This document shows, piece by piece, positions 41,341 to 51,046 of a DNA stretch of 64,000 nucleotides. This DNA comes from Candidatus Velthaea sp. (GTDB lineage: Bacteria > Vulcanimicrobiota > Vulcanimicrobiia > Vulcanimicrobiales > Vulcanimicrobiaceae). A program made the position numbers and the translations under genes. The stretch's first letter is position 1. Each line of letters starts with the position of its first letter. The stretch covers positions 12,960 to 76,959 of the forward strand of contig JBEKHC010000009.1 of the NCBI GenBank assembly GCA_050012475.1, in the 5' to 3' direction. The notes beneath the pieces were generated by a model, which did not search any database, was not told where the DNA came from, and was given only the letters and a program-made list of their open reading frames with translations.

Positions 41341-41565
41341 ATGAAACATTTGCGTCTGGCGGTCGGCGCAGCCTCGGCCGGCGTAGCTTCCATGGGCGCA
41401 TTCGCGGTCGGCGCATTCGCGGTCGGTGCGCTCGCGGTCGGTGCGCTCGCCGTCGCGCGCTTCAGAGTCGGCACCGCGCGCATCGAACGCCTCGAGATCG
41501 ATGAATTGTTCGTTCGGAAGCTTACGATCGTCGAGCGAACAGCAGTGGATACCCCGGTGCCGTAA
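41341..41565 (+). CDS. Small membrane protein with GA(F/L)AV repeats
   Basis: (GAFAV)2(GALAV)2 followed by ARIERLEIDELFVRKL. Confidence 0.7.
   Translation: MKHLRLAVGAASAGVASMGAFAVGAFAVGALAVGALAVARFRVGTARIERLEIDELFVRKLTIVERTAVDTPVP
41395..41454 (+). repeat. Four 15-bp tandem repeats, in frame
   Basis: ggcgcattcgcggtc twice, then ggtgcgctcgcggtc and ggtgcgctcgccgtc. Confidence 0.85.
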
Positions 41566-41583
41566 CACCCTGGGGCCGGTGCG

Positions 41584-41948
41584 TTAGGGCAGCGGACCGA
41601 AAGCCACGATTTTTTGCATCGGTCCGAGCTTGCCCGGCGCCGGCTGACGGGCGCCGGCAGCGGCCGTTGCGATCGACGGCGCCGTCGCGGCCAGGGTCCC
41701 TGCGCGGCTTTCGCGTCGTGCGCGCTCGACGATCTGTAAGGTCGCGGCAATGTTCTTGTACATCAAAGCATGCGGCTCTCGAGCGCCAGCCGGTCCAGGA
41801 TCAGCCCGTCGGCAGCGTGCGCCGCACGCGTGCCGGGTCCGAGAATTTTCCACAATTTGGCCCGGTTGGCTCGGATGCCGGCACGAATAGCGCGCTCGAC
41901 GTCGCCGTCGGGATCGTGTGCCGAACAGGTGCAGCGCGAATCATGCAT
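41584..41948 (-). CDS. Two short coupled ORFs or one frameshifted hypothetical gene
   Basis: MHDSRCTCSAHD...ESRML* overlaps (TGATG, 41763) MYKNIAATLQ...; no family recognised. Confidence 0.35.
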
Positions 41949-42084
41949 CGGAGTCACTGGAGCCACCTCGGAACGAAGCCGGGCGGTCGCGAAACGCCGC
42001 CTCTGAATTGAATATCGTCATATCGCCGGCGGGGATGAGCCGCGAAATGCTCTCGCTCGCGGGTGCGCGAAACGTGGCGTCCTG

Positions 42085-42621
42085 ATGCCCTTCTATTCGA
42101 TCGACGACGTTCGCCCCACGGTGCCCGACGACGAGGACTACTGGGTCGCTCCCAACGCTACGCTGATCGGTCACGTCCGTCTGGAACGCGCCGTCGGGAT
42201 CTGGTTCGGGGCGGTGCTGCGCGCCGACAACGACACGATCTTCATCGGAGCGGGAAGCAACGTCCAGGACAACTGCGTGCTGCACGCCGATCCCGGGTTT
42301 CCGGTTTCGATCGGCGAGTACTGCACCATCGGACACCACGCGATCGTCCACGGCTGTTCGGTCGGCGACAACTCCTTGATCGGCATGGGCGCGACGGTCC
42401 TCAACGGCGCGCGTATCGGACGAAACTGTTTGGTCGCCGCCAACGCGCTCGTCAGCGAAAACGTCGTCATCCCAGACAACAGCTTGGTGCGCGGGATACC
42501 GGGAAAAGTCGCGGGCACGATCGATGACGATCGCGCCCGCTCAATGCGGCTGTCCGCGGAGGAATACATTCGCGCGTGGCGGCGCTATCGCCAAAGCGTC
42601 CGGCCGATCGAACTTCTTTGA
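42085..42621 (+). CDS. Gamma-carbonic-anhydrase family protein
   Basis: IWFGAVLRAD, SNVQDNCVLH, TIGHHAIVHGC hexapeptide repeats. Confidence 0.93.
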   Translation: MPFYSIDDVRPTVPDDEDYWVAPNATLIGHVRLERAVGIWFGAVLRADNDTIFIGAGSNVQDNCVLHADPGFPVSIGEYCTIGHHAIVHGCSVGDNSLIGMGATVLNGARIGRNCLVAANALVSENVVIPDNSLVRGIPGKVAGTIDDDRARSMRLSAEEYIRAWRRYRQSVRPIELL

Positions 42622-42666
42622 GACGGACGGGCGAACAGGCTCGACTCGGTCGAACGCGTCAGGTTC

Positions 42667-43032
42667 TTATGGCATTTTGGCTTGCCACAGCCCGAGCATC
42701 GCGCCCGTCGGATCTTCGATGATGCTCAGCCACCCCATGTCGGGGACTTCGTCGACGTCCTTCATGACCGTCGCGCCCAGCGCTTTTGCCTGCGCCGTCG
42801 CGGCCTTGATGTCATCGACCAGCACGTATGCCATCCAGGCGGATCCGGCACCGGGAATCAGCTGCTTCAGCATGCCGCCGCCGGTACCGTCGCCGACGTC
42901 GATCATCGTGTACGTGCCGACCGGCATTTCCATGTCTTGCAGCTTCCAGCCGAAGAGTTTCGAATAAAACCCCTTCGCTTTATCGGTATCGGTAGTGCTG
43001 AGTTCCACGTGCACGAACGGATTGGGCATCAT
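42667..43032 (-). CDS. VOC/glyoxalase-family protein
   Basis: NPFVHVEL...FYSKLFGW...WMAYVLVDD...DPTGAMLGLWQ. Confidence 0.9.
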   Translation of the reverse strand: MMPNPFVHVELSTTDTDKAKGFYSKLFGWKLQDMEMPVGTYTMIDVGDGTGGGMLKQLIPGAGSAWMAYVLVDDIKAATAQAKALGATVMKDVDEVPDMGWLSIIEDPTGAMLGLWQAKMP

Positions 43033-43176
43033 CTTCTCCCTCGATGAAAAAAGCGCAGGATTCGGGCGCCGCGTCAATGGAGTTTTCAGTGCACCGCGCG
43101 AAACGGCAATCCTCCGCCGAATTGTTGCGCCGGCACGCGCAGCGTCGGAACGAGCGCAACTCGAGGGTGGGTGAAC

Positions 43177-44151
43177 ATGCGGCAGCCGGTGGTTTTTCGA
43201 GCGTTCGTGACGGCCGGATTGGTCGCGGTACTGATCGGCGGAGCCGCCGGAGCAGCGCGTAGCGGGCTGGATTGGGCGTTCCCGACGGCCGGCAGCGACA
43301 GCGGGCAGGCGTCCAAGCCCGCTCGCGCTTTGACGCTCGCAAGCAGCCCCGCACACTATACGCGCAGCGAGATCGAGAGCGGTTTTGTCGCGATCGATTG
43401 GTGGCCGCACCGCCACTCTTCGCTGCCGGCGGTGGTCGAACGCGGCCGCAAACCCGACGTTTTGGCGTGCGGTTTTTGCCATCTGCCCAGCGGCCAAGGG
43501 CGTCCGGAGAACTTCGCCCTGGCCGGGTTGGGCGCGCGGTACATGCGCGAGCAGCTGCGTGACTTGCGCAGCGGCGCGCGCCGCGGCGTTCATCCGGCGT
43601 GGCTTCCGGCGGCCGTCATGACCCAAGTCGCGCACGCGGTCACCGAAGCCGAAGTCGCTTCTGCCACGGCGTACTTTGCAAAGCAGACGTTCGTTCCGCG
43701 AACGCGAGTCGTGGAAACCGCGGAGATTCCCGCCGTCACGGCCGAGGCGTTCGTTTATCGCCGCTTGCCCGGCAACCGGCGGGAAACCCTGGGCGAGCGG
43801 ATCGTCGAAACGCCGGACGACTTCGGACGCTTCGAGCTTCGCGACAGCACGGTGGGGTATACCGCCTACGTGCCGCGCGGTTCGCTCGCTCGCGGCGCGG
43901 AGCTTGCAAGAACTGGCGCCAACGACCACGTCACCGCGTGCATAATGTGCCACGGCGCGAACTTACGCGGCGTCGGGGACGTTCCGCCGTTAGCCGGCCG
44001 GTCGCCGACCCAACTGTTTCGCCAGCTCGCCGGATTTCGCGCCCGGACGCGCCACGGCGCGGGCGACGCGCCGATGCTCGCCGAGACCGCGCCGTTGTCG
44101 AATGCCGAGATGATCGACGTGGCCGCGTATGCCGGTTCGCTCAAACCGTAA
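43177..44151 (+). CDS. Exported dihaem c-type cytochrome
   Basis: Signal peptide and two CxxCH motifs (CGFCH, CIMCH). Confidence 0.88.
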   Translation: MRQPVVFRAFVTAGLVAVLIGGAAGAARSGLDWAFPTAGSDSGQASKPARALTLASSPAHYTRSEIESGFVAIDWWPHRHSSLPAVVERGRKPDVLACGFCHLPSGQGRPENFALAGLGARYMREQLRDLRSGARRGVHPAWLPAAVMTQVAHAVTEAEVASATAYFAKQTFVPRTRVVETAEIPAVTAEAFVYRRLPGNRRETLGERIVETPDDFGRFELRDSTVGYTAYVPRGSLARGAELARTGANDHVTACIMCHGANLRGVGDVPPLAGRSPTQLFRQLAGFRARTRHGAGDAPMLAETAPLSNAEMIDVAAYAGSLKP

Positions 44152-44295
44152 ATTTTTTTGATTTGGCAGATCACTAGCTTTTTTGAAGCACGGTGCGTAT
44201 AGTCACTCCAGACTCCACGCGATAACAACATTCTTTGGTTGCTGTCTCGCGCGCCGCGCACCAGGCGCGGCGCTGCTGAACGAAAAGGAGTACCG

Positions 44296-44733
44296 ATGAC
44301 ATCCACTGCGAATGCGCCGACTGCGCTCGCTCACCTCCGGCCGTACATTTTTTTCTACGGCCGCTGCCAAGAAGCGCTCGACTTTTACGCGGACGTGCTG
44401 GGCGGCACATCCGAGGTGATGTTGATCAAGGACACGCCTGTCGCCGAGCATTTTCCCACCGATTTTCGCGACAAGGTCATGCATGCGTCGTTCACGGCTC
44501 CCGGGATTTCTTTCTTTGCGTCCGACGGCCGCGAAGCAAAAGGCGTCGATCCCGATGCGGGCAACATCTCGATTGCTCTCTCATTCACGGATAGCGCACT
44601 TGGCCAGCGGGTCTTGGACGGGCTCTCCGACGGCGGTAAAGTCACCATGCCGCTGGGCGACGCGTTCTGGGGCGGACGATTCGCCTCGTTGGTCGACCGC
44701 TTCGGCGTCGAGTGGTTGATGACGCTTCCCTAG
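44296..44733 (+). CDS. PhnB-like VOC-family protein
   Basis: PYIFFYGRCQEALDFY...VMHA...FWGGRFASLVDRFGVEW; AAGGAG RBS. Confidence 0.9.
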   Translation: MTSTANAPTALAHLRPYIFFYGRCQEALDFYADVLGGTSEVMLIKDTPVAEHFPTDFRDKVMHASFTAPGISFFASDGREAKGVDPDAGNISIALSFTDSALGQRVLDGLSDGGKVTMPLGDAFWGGRFASLVDRFGVEWLMTLP

Positions 44734-45006
44734 CAGCAGCACGATTGCGCCACGCGCAACCCGTGGTGTTGCGGCTGCGCCGCAAGCCGCGGTCGCGTGG
44801 AAGCTTCACACAAACCGCACGGTTCGGGTGTGGGCGGTCGGGCGGGCGCTCATCCGAACGAAGCCGAGGGCGCCCATTCGCCCATCCGATGGTCGGTGTG
44901 AACGAGTGTTGAAGCGCATTTGAGGCGACTTTCGCGACGAGTACTCAACTCGTTGCTGCCCTCGGTGCACATTTCGACGAAACCGCCCCGCTCAACAGCG
45001 GTGGTC

Positions 45007-45137
45007 ATGTATCACGCCTGGCGGATTTTCGACGATCCGGGCAAGCGGTGGCCGCGCGCGCTGTTTCGCTACTCGCTGCTGACCTCGCGTTAATGTGCGT
45101 GGCCATGGTCGCCGACCGCATGATCCACATCGGGTAG
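45007..45137 (+). pseudogene. 3'-terminal remnant resembling haem O synthase (CtaB/CyoE)
   Basis: YHAWRIFDDPGKRWPRALFRYSLL, then LALMCVAMVADRMIHIG* if one base is restored. Confidence 0.6.
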
Positions 45138-45262
45138 CAGCAAGATTCGGGGCATCCGAATCCGTGGCACTTCGCGCGGAGCCGTACGCGGCGTTTCGGC
45201 GCTTCGCGCCGAGCCGCACGTGGCGTTTGCGGCTGCGCGGCAAGCTTGGGGTGCTTGCCGCC

Positions 45263-46654
45263 TTACACGATGTGGGTGATGTAGAAAACCGCGATGACGA
45301 AAAATACCGCCAGCGTCTTGATGCATGTAATGGCGAAGATATCGCGGTACGATTGACGATGCGTCAGACCCGTAACGGCGAGCAACGTGATGACGGCGCC
45401 GTTGTGCGGCAGCGTATCCATCCCGCCGCTGGCCATCGACGCGACGCGATGCAGGACTTGCGGCGAGATGCCCGCGGCGTTTGCGGCAGCGAGAAACTGG
45501 GTGGCCATCGCGGCCAACGCGATGCTCAGTCCGCCCGAGGCCGACCCGGTGATCCCGGCGAGTGCCGTCACCGTGATCGCTTCGTTCACCAGCGGATTCG
45601 GAATCGCGCGCAGCGCTTGCTTGATGACCAGGAAGCCTGGAAGCGCGGCCATGACGGCGCCGAAGCCATACTCGGAAGCCGTGTTCATCGAGGCCAGCAG
45701 CGATCCGGCGACTGCCGCCTGCGTTCCGGCCACGAAGCGCGTCCGCATCGTGTTGAAGGCCAGCACAACGACGGTCAGGATGCCTAAAATAAGCGCGGCC
45801 TCGACGGCCCAGATCGCCACGACCTTCGGCACTTCGGTAACGATCGGATCGGCCAGACCGGCGAGCTTCACGGTGTTGGTCGGCCCGAACGCGGCCGGGA
45901 TGAGCGACGTGAAGGCTTTGTTCATCACGAACACTACGACTAGCGGGAGCATCGCAAGCCAGGCCGCTGGCAGCTTCGTCTCTTCGCCGATTTCGGGCTC
46001 CTGGGAGTGCCCCGTGCCGTAACCCTCGCCCGCGCGCAGCGCCTTCCCGCGCTGCCATTCCAGGTACGACAAGCCCAGCGCGAGGATGAATGCCGAGCCG
46101 ATGATGCCCAGCCAACCGGCGGCATACGTATTCGTTTGGAAGAACGTCGACGGGATGATGTTTTGGATCTGCGGTGTGCCCGGCAGCGAATCCATCGTGA
46201 AGGTGAACGCGCCGAGCGCGATCGTGCCGGGGATCAGCCGCTTGGGGATGTTGCTCTGGCGAAACATCTCAGCGGCAAACGGATACACGGCAAACACGAC
46301 GACGAAGAGCGACACGCCGCCGTAGGTGAGAATCGCGCCGACGAGGACGATTGAAAGCATCGCGCGCTGCGGTCCCAAAATGCGGATGACTCCCGAGACG
46401 ATCGCACGCGCGAAGCCCGACAGTTCGATCACTTTGCCGAAGACCGCTCCCAGCAAGAAGATCGGAAAATAGAGCTTCACGAAGCCGACGAGCTTGTCCA
46501 TGAACAGCCCGGTGTACACGGTTGGAACGCCGGACGGATCGGTGAGCAGAACTGCGAACAGTGCGGCGATCGGCGCGAAGAGGATGACGCTGAAACCCCG
46601 ATAGGCAACGAACATCAGGAACGCGAGAGCAGCGACGGCGATCAGTAAGCTCAT
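45263..46654 (-). CDS. GntP-family permease
   Basis: ILTYGGVSLFVVVF, PGTPQIQNIIP, ITGSASGG, LPHNGAV; AAGGA RBS. Confidence 0.9.
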   Translation of the reverse strand: MSLLIAVAALAFLMFVAYRGFSVILFAPIAALFAVLLTDPSGVPTVYTGLFMDKLVGFVKLYFPIFLLGAVFGKVIELSGFARAIVSGVIRILGPQRAMLSIVLVGAILTYGGVSLFVVVFAVYPFAAEMFRQSNIPKRLIPGTIALGAFTFTMDSLPGTPQIQNIIPSTFFQTNTYAAGWLGIIGSAFILALGLSYLEWQRGKALRAGEGYGTGHSQEPEIGEETKLPAAWLAMLPLVVVFVMNKAFTSLIPAAFGPTNTVKLAGLADPIVTEVPKVVAIWAVEAALILGILTVVVLAFNTMRTRFVAGTQAAVAGSLLASMNTASEYGFGAVMAALPGFLVIKQALRAIPNPLVNEAITVTALAGITGSASGGLSIALAAMATQFLAAANAAGISPQVLHRVASMASGGMDTLPHNGAVITLLAVTGLTHRQSYRDIFAITCIKTLAVFFVIAVFYITHIV

Positions 46655-46845
46655 ATGTTTCCTTAAGAGTTGAGACGGTGGCGGCGTTCCGAGGGAACCG
46701 CTGCGCGTGAGTCTCCTCCGCATCGTGGCAAGCACGTGCGACCAAAAATCGCTCGCCCGCGCTTAAGGTTAGGAGCGACGGATACTCGCTCCTCTCCATT
46801 TGGTGAGGGGGCATAACGTGGCACCCTCGGTGGTAGCGTTGTACA

Positions 46846-48156
46846 ATGGAGTACGACGTTATCGTCCTCGGCGCGGGTATGGCGGGAATGTTCGCTGCGC
46901 GTGAACTCGCGCGCGGCGGGTGCAGCGTGGCGCTCGTCGAGGCACGCGATCGCGTCGGCGGTCGAGTGCGCGCAGCTGTCGATCCGCGCGCGCTCGCACC
47001 GGTCGAACTGGGCGGAGAATTCGTGCACGGCCGGCCCGCGGTCACCTACGAACTTTTGCGCGAGATCGGCGCAACGGTGGTCGACAACGCCCAAAGTCAC
47101 GCCGACTTCCGCGGAGACGCCTTACCGTCCGCATCGGATGCCGGCCGCGAGGAGGTCGGAAAAATATTGGCGACGGCCCTCGAACGGGAACGAGACGAAA
47201 GCGTCGACGCGCTCGTCGCGCGCGGTTCGAACCGCGCCCCGGCGCCGGCGACGGCGCAGTGGATACGGCGCCTGGTAACGGGGTTCGACGCCGCGGATCC
47301 GGCGCGAGCCAGTGCGCGCGCGATCGCGCAGGAATGGGCCGGCGATGCCTCCGCCGACGGCGCCCAATCTCGCCCGATCGGCGGGTATGCGCCGCTCGTC
47401 GCGCATTTGGCGCGATCGCTCGATCCCGCCCGCGTCGATCTGCAGCGCGAAACCGTTGCAACGCACATCGCGTGGGATGCGCGCAGCGTGCGCGTCGCAG
47501 CGCGCGCGCACGGGCGCGATCGATTCTTCCACGCTCGCCGTGCGGTCGTCTGCGTGCCGCACGGCGTCTTGACCGCCGAGCCTGGCGCCGAGGGCGCGAT
47601 CGCATTCGAACCGCCGCTGCCGGCGACGACGCGCGCGGCTCTGACGAGCATCGCAACGGGTCCGGTGATCAAAATCGTGCTGTGCTTTCGCTCCGCGGTG
47701 TGGGAAACGCTGCGCGGCGGCGCTTGGCGCGACGTGGCATTCTTCACCGGCGACGGTCCGTTTCCGACGTTCTGGACGCAACTGCCCGTTCGTGCGAACA
47801 CCCTCGTCGCGTGGGCTGGGGGACCGGACGCCGATCGTTTGGCACAGCACGCCGACGCGGCGCGCATCGATCTGGCGCTGGAATGCGCGGGCCGCTATTT
47901 CGGCGACGTCGTGTCGATGCGCACGGCGTTCGCCGGAGCGCACGTTCACGATTGGCAGCGCGATCCGTTCGCGCGCGGCGCTTACAGCTATCTGCTCGTC
48001 GGCGGCGAGCGGGCGCGCGAAGCACTCGCGGCGCCGGTCGACGGCGCGCTGTGGTTTGCGGGAGAAGCCACCGCCGCCGGCGGCGAGGGCGGGACGGTCG
48101 CCGGAGCGCTCTTGAGCGGCCGCCGGGCCGCGCATCAGATCCTTGCCGAACGATAA
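46846..48156 (+). CDS. Flavin monoamine-oxidase family protein
   Basis: GAGMAG, EARDRVGGR, ELGGEFVHG, DPFARGAYS, FAGEAT. Confidence 0.92.
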   Translation: MEYDVIVLGAGMAGMFAARELARGGCSVALVEARDRVGGRVRAAVDPRALAPVELGGEFVHGRPAVTYELLREIGATVVDNAQSHADFRGDALPSASDAGREEVGKILATALERERDESVDALVARGSNRAPAPATAQWIRRLVTGFDAADPARASARAIAQEWAGDASADGAQSRPIGGYAPLVAHLARSLDPARVDLQRETVATHIAWDARSVRVAARAHGRDRFFHARRAVVCVPHGVLTAEPGAEGAIAFEPPLPATTRAALTSIATGPVIKIVLCFRSAVWETLRGGAWRDVAFFTGDGPFPTFWTQLPVRANTLVAWAGGPDADRLAQHADAARIDLALECAGRYFGDVVSMRTAFAGAHVHDWQRDPFARGAYSYLLVGGERAREALAAPVDGALWFAGEATAAGGEGGTVAGALLSGRRAAHQILAER

Positions 48157-48352
48157 CGATTGCTTGACCGGAGGGACACAAACCGCGTTCGTAGCACTTG
48201 CGCTACACACGCTTTACTCAAAATTGGGACTTTCGTATCACATCGCCGCGCCTTCGGCCAGCATAAAACGAAACGTTTGTGCCGAAGTCCAGTGGTTGAG
48301 AAAAGCCGAAAGAGCTAATAGAGCATGACCGCATCGGAGTTTTAGCGCATCC

Positions 48353-50995
48353 ATGGCATGTAGCGTGTGCTCGTCCGGCAACCATCCGCGGAGTGTTGTT
48401 TGTCGGGCATGCGAACCGCAACTTCACACTCGTGGTGAGTTCGACGCCGACAGCACCGTCTTCGAATCGCACCTCACCGGGCTCGCCAAGCGAGTTCAGA
48501 TTGCGCGCGGCTCGAATCCGGGCATCACCGAAGTGCTCCGGCGGCGTGCCCCGGCCGTCGGCGGTTCACCGCGCGGCCGGCAGCCAGCGCCCTCGATCGA
48601 CGTCGACAAGCTGCGCGTCGTGTTCGGCGGTCCGCACGGCGCGCGCATCGAGCCGCTCACCGTCTTCGAAGCACCATATGCCGAGCAAGCGCGACGCCAG
48701 CCGGCACTCGACGTTCCAGAAACCGACATGCGCGGTCAAGCCGGCGCGGCGATTTGGCAAGCCCTTGCGAGCGGAGCGACGGTCTTGCGCGTGCGCGGTA
48801 GCGAGGGATCGGGAGCAACGACGCTCATGAAGCGGCTCGCCGCGGGAGCGCGTCAGCACGGCTTCCCCTACGGCGCAGTCTACGCGGCAAACGTCGTCGG
48901 ACCGCCGGCCGACGTCGCGCAGCGAATCGCCGCCCTGCTCGATCCAGCGCAGCGGCTGCGCTTCTACACTGCTTCGGATCGGACGCAATTCATCGCCGGC
49001 CGCCGCTTTTTGGTGCTGCTGGACGGCGCGAATTTGACCGTGGAGGACGTCGCCGATTTGAGCCGGGCGCTGCCCGACGTGCGCTTCGTGATCGCCGATG
49101 CCCCGGCGCTTGCCCAGCCCGACGCGGTCGTCCTTGGTCCGCTCGCCGCGAACTGCGTCGTAACGCTCCTCGAAGAGACCTACGGACGGCGGCTCGACGA
49201 TGAAAACTTGCGTGCGGCGCTCGATCTCTGCGCGACGGCGGGGTCGTTGCCCGGCTACACCCGGCTCATCGGAGTCGCCGCCCGGGTGCTCGGGCGGTCG
49301 TTCATCTCGCTGAGCCTGAGCCACAATTCCGGCGAGGCGATCATTCGCGAATTGGTCGCCGGCCTGCCGCCGGCGGAACTGCGCATCCTGAGCATGCTGG
49401 TCCTCGCCCGCGTGCCGCTGGCCGCTCATCACGTCGCCTACGTCGTTCGCAGCGGCGAGGTTCGCGCTTGTTTGGACCATCTCGTCGAGTACGAATTGAT
49501 CGGTACATGTGGCCCGACGGGCGACTTGTATGAAGTTCCCGGACACGTGGAACATCTCGTTCCGCCGCTTACCGACACCGACACGACGTTGGCGCGAATC
49601 TTCGATGTGTTGGGCGACGTCTTCGATTCATGGCAGGCCGTCCCGGTTCTCGACCGTCAGCTGACGGCAGCCGAAGCGCTGCTGCAAAGCGCGGCACAGC
49701 GTTCGGCTTGGAAGAGCGTCCTTGCGCTTGGTCCGCGCGTCGCCGACGCTTTGGCGGCTCGCGGTGCGTTCGGCGGTTGGGGCCGCGTCCTCGATCTCGT
49801 CGAAGCGGCGGCAACGCAATTGGGTGATGCAGCGATGCTCGACTTCGCGCGCCACGATCAGGGCATCCGGGCCGTGGTCATCGGCGACAACGAGCGCGCC
49901 GTCGCTTCTTTGGAATCAGCCGCGCGAGCACGGCGATCCGCCGGCGACGACAGCGGTGCCGACGCAAGTGCTGCGGCGCTCGCGCTCGTGGAGCGCAAGC
50001 CGGCTGCCCCGGCGCCGGCTGCAGCACCGCCCGCCCGCCCGCCCGAGCCGGCTCCCGCGCCGTCGCACTCGTCGCTCCCGGGCCGCAGCCTGCTCCTGCT
50101 TGGTTTCGGCATCATCGCCGTAGCCATCATCGTGCTGTCGCTGCACTTCAAGCCGAGCGCCGCCCCAGTCATCCGCGAACTCTCCGTCAATCCGGTCGCC
50201 GGCGGCGGCGGGGCTGCCCGGCTATGCGTCGATGCGGCCAACGCCGCCGTCGTCGAGGTTTTTCCGGATGCCGTGCGACTGCCCAGCGGCAAACACTGTT
50301 TGCACGTTGCGCCGGCGGCGACGACGACCTACGTCGCGGTCGGAACGTCGCTCGACGGCCGCCAAGTTCGCCGCGCGGTTACCGTCGCCGTGAAGCTCCC
50401 TGCGCCGCCGGCGCCGGTGCGCATCAGCCGCTTCAGCGTGAGCCCGGCGCGCGTCCTGGCCGGCGGATTCGCTCGTCTGTGCTACGCCGTCAGCGGCGCG
50501 CACGAGCTGCGCATCGTCCCGCGCGTCGGTCCGCTCACGCAGCTTCGCTCGTGCCAAACCCTGACATTGCGCGAGCCGCACCGCTACCGCTACACGCTTT
50601 CGGCGCTCGGCGAAGACGGACAAGTCGCCGTCCGCGACACCCACGTCGACGTCGTGGCCGCGGCGCCGCCTCCACCCCGGGTTCAGAATCACAGCACGCG
50701 CGGCAGCGGTTTGATTCAGCGCGCGGTCTATCAATTCGACGCGACGCCCAACGTCGTCGAGCGCGGTCAGGCGACGTCGCTGTGCGTGGGGGTCGGCCGG
50801 CCGGCTCGGGGATTCGTCACCCATGTCGGCGCGCTTTCCTCGGGGATCACGCGCTGTTATCGCGTTCAGCCACGCAAAACGACGGTCTACCGTTTGTATG
50901 TCGCTTTGGCGGACGAAACCGCGGTTCAGAGCGTCACGGTCGCGGTTCGGCCGGCTTCCAGACGCGTGGAGGCGACCCGCACCGAGCGCCGTTAA
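48353..50995 (+). CDS. Large membrane-spanning protein: Zn ribbon, degenerate STAND/NB-ARC-like domain, helical repeats, TM helix and three beta-sandwich repeats
   Basis: CSVC...CRAC; GSEGSGATTL; LVLLDG; GSLP; Pro linker; TM LLLLGFGIIAVAIIVLSL; repeats of the form F/L..xP..V..G....LC. Confidence 0.7.
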   Translation: MACSVCSSGNHPRSVVCRACEPQLHTRGEFDADSTVFESHLTGLAKRVQIARGSNPGITEVLRRRAPAVGGSPRGRQPAPSIDVDKLRVVFGGPHGARIEPLTVFEAPYAEQARRQPALDVPETDMRGQAGAAIWQALASGATVLRVRGSEGSGATTLMKRLAAGARQHGFPYGAVYAANVVGPPADVAQRIAALLDPAQRLRFYTASDRTQFIAGRRFLVLLDGANLTVEDVADLSRALPDVRFVIADAPALAQPDAVVLGPLAANCVVTLLEETYGRRLDDENLRAALDLCATAGSLPGYTRLIGVAARVLGRSFISLSLSHNSGEAIIRELVAGLPPAELRILSMLVLARVPLAAHHVAYVVRSGEVRACLDHLVEYELIGTCGPTGDLYEVPGHVEHLVPPLTDTDTTLARIFDVLGDVFDSWQAVPVLDRQLTAAEALLQSAAQRSAWKSVLALGPRVADALAARGAFGGWGRVLDLVEAAATQLGDAAMLDFARHDQGIRAVVIGDNERAVASLESAARARRSAGDDSGADASAAALALVERKPAAPAPAAAPPARPPEPAPAPSHSSLPGRSLLLLGFGIIAVAIIVLSLHFKPSAAPVIRELSVNPVAGGGGAARLCVDAANAAVVEVFPDAVRLPSGKHCLHVAPAATTTYVAVGTSLDGRQVRRAVTVAVKLPAPPAPVRISRFSVSPARVLAGGFARLCYAVSGAHELRIVPRVGPLTQLRSCQTLTLREPHRYRYTLSALGEDGQVAVRDTHVDVVAAAPPPPRVQNHSTRGSGLIQRAVYQFDATPNVVERGQATSLCVGVGRPARGFVTHVGALSSGITRCYRVQPRKTTVYRLYVALADETAVQSVTVAVRPASRRVEATRTERR

Positions 50996-51046
50996 GAGCG
51001 CCGGCTCGCGCGGGACGCCGGCGGTCCTGACCAGAACCGCAGGGGC

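Noticed and set aside
42085..42621. Link between the gamma-carbonic-anhydrase gene and prk as a carbon-fixation cluster
   Set aside because: The genes are 12.5 kb apart, and this family is ubiquitous in heterotrophs.
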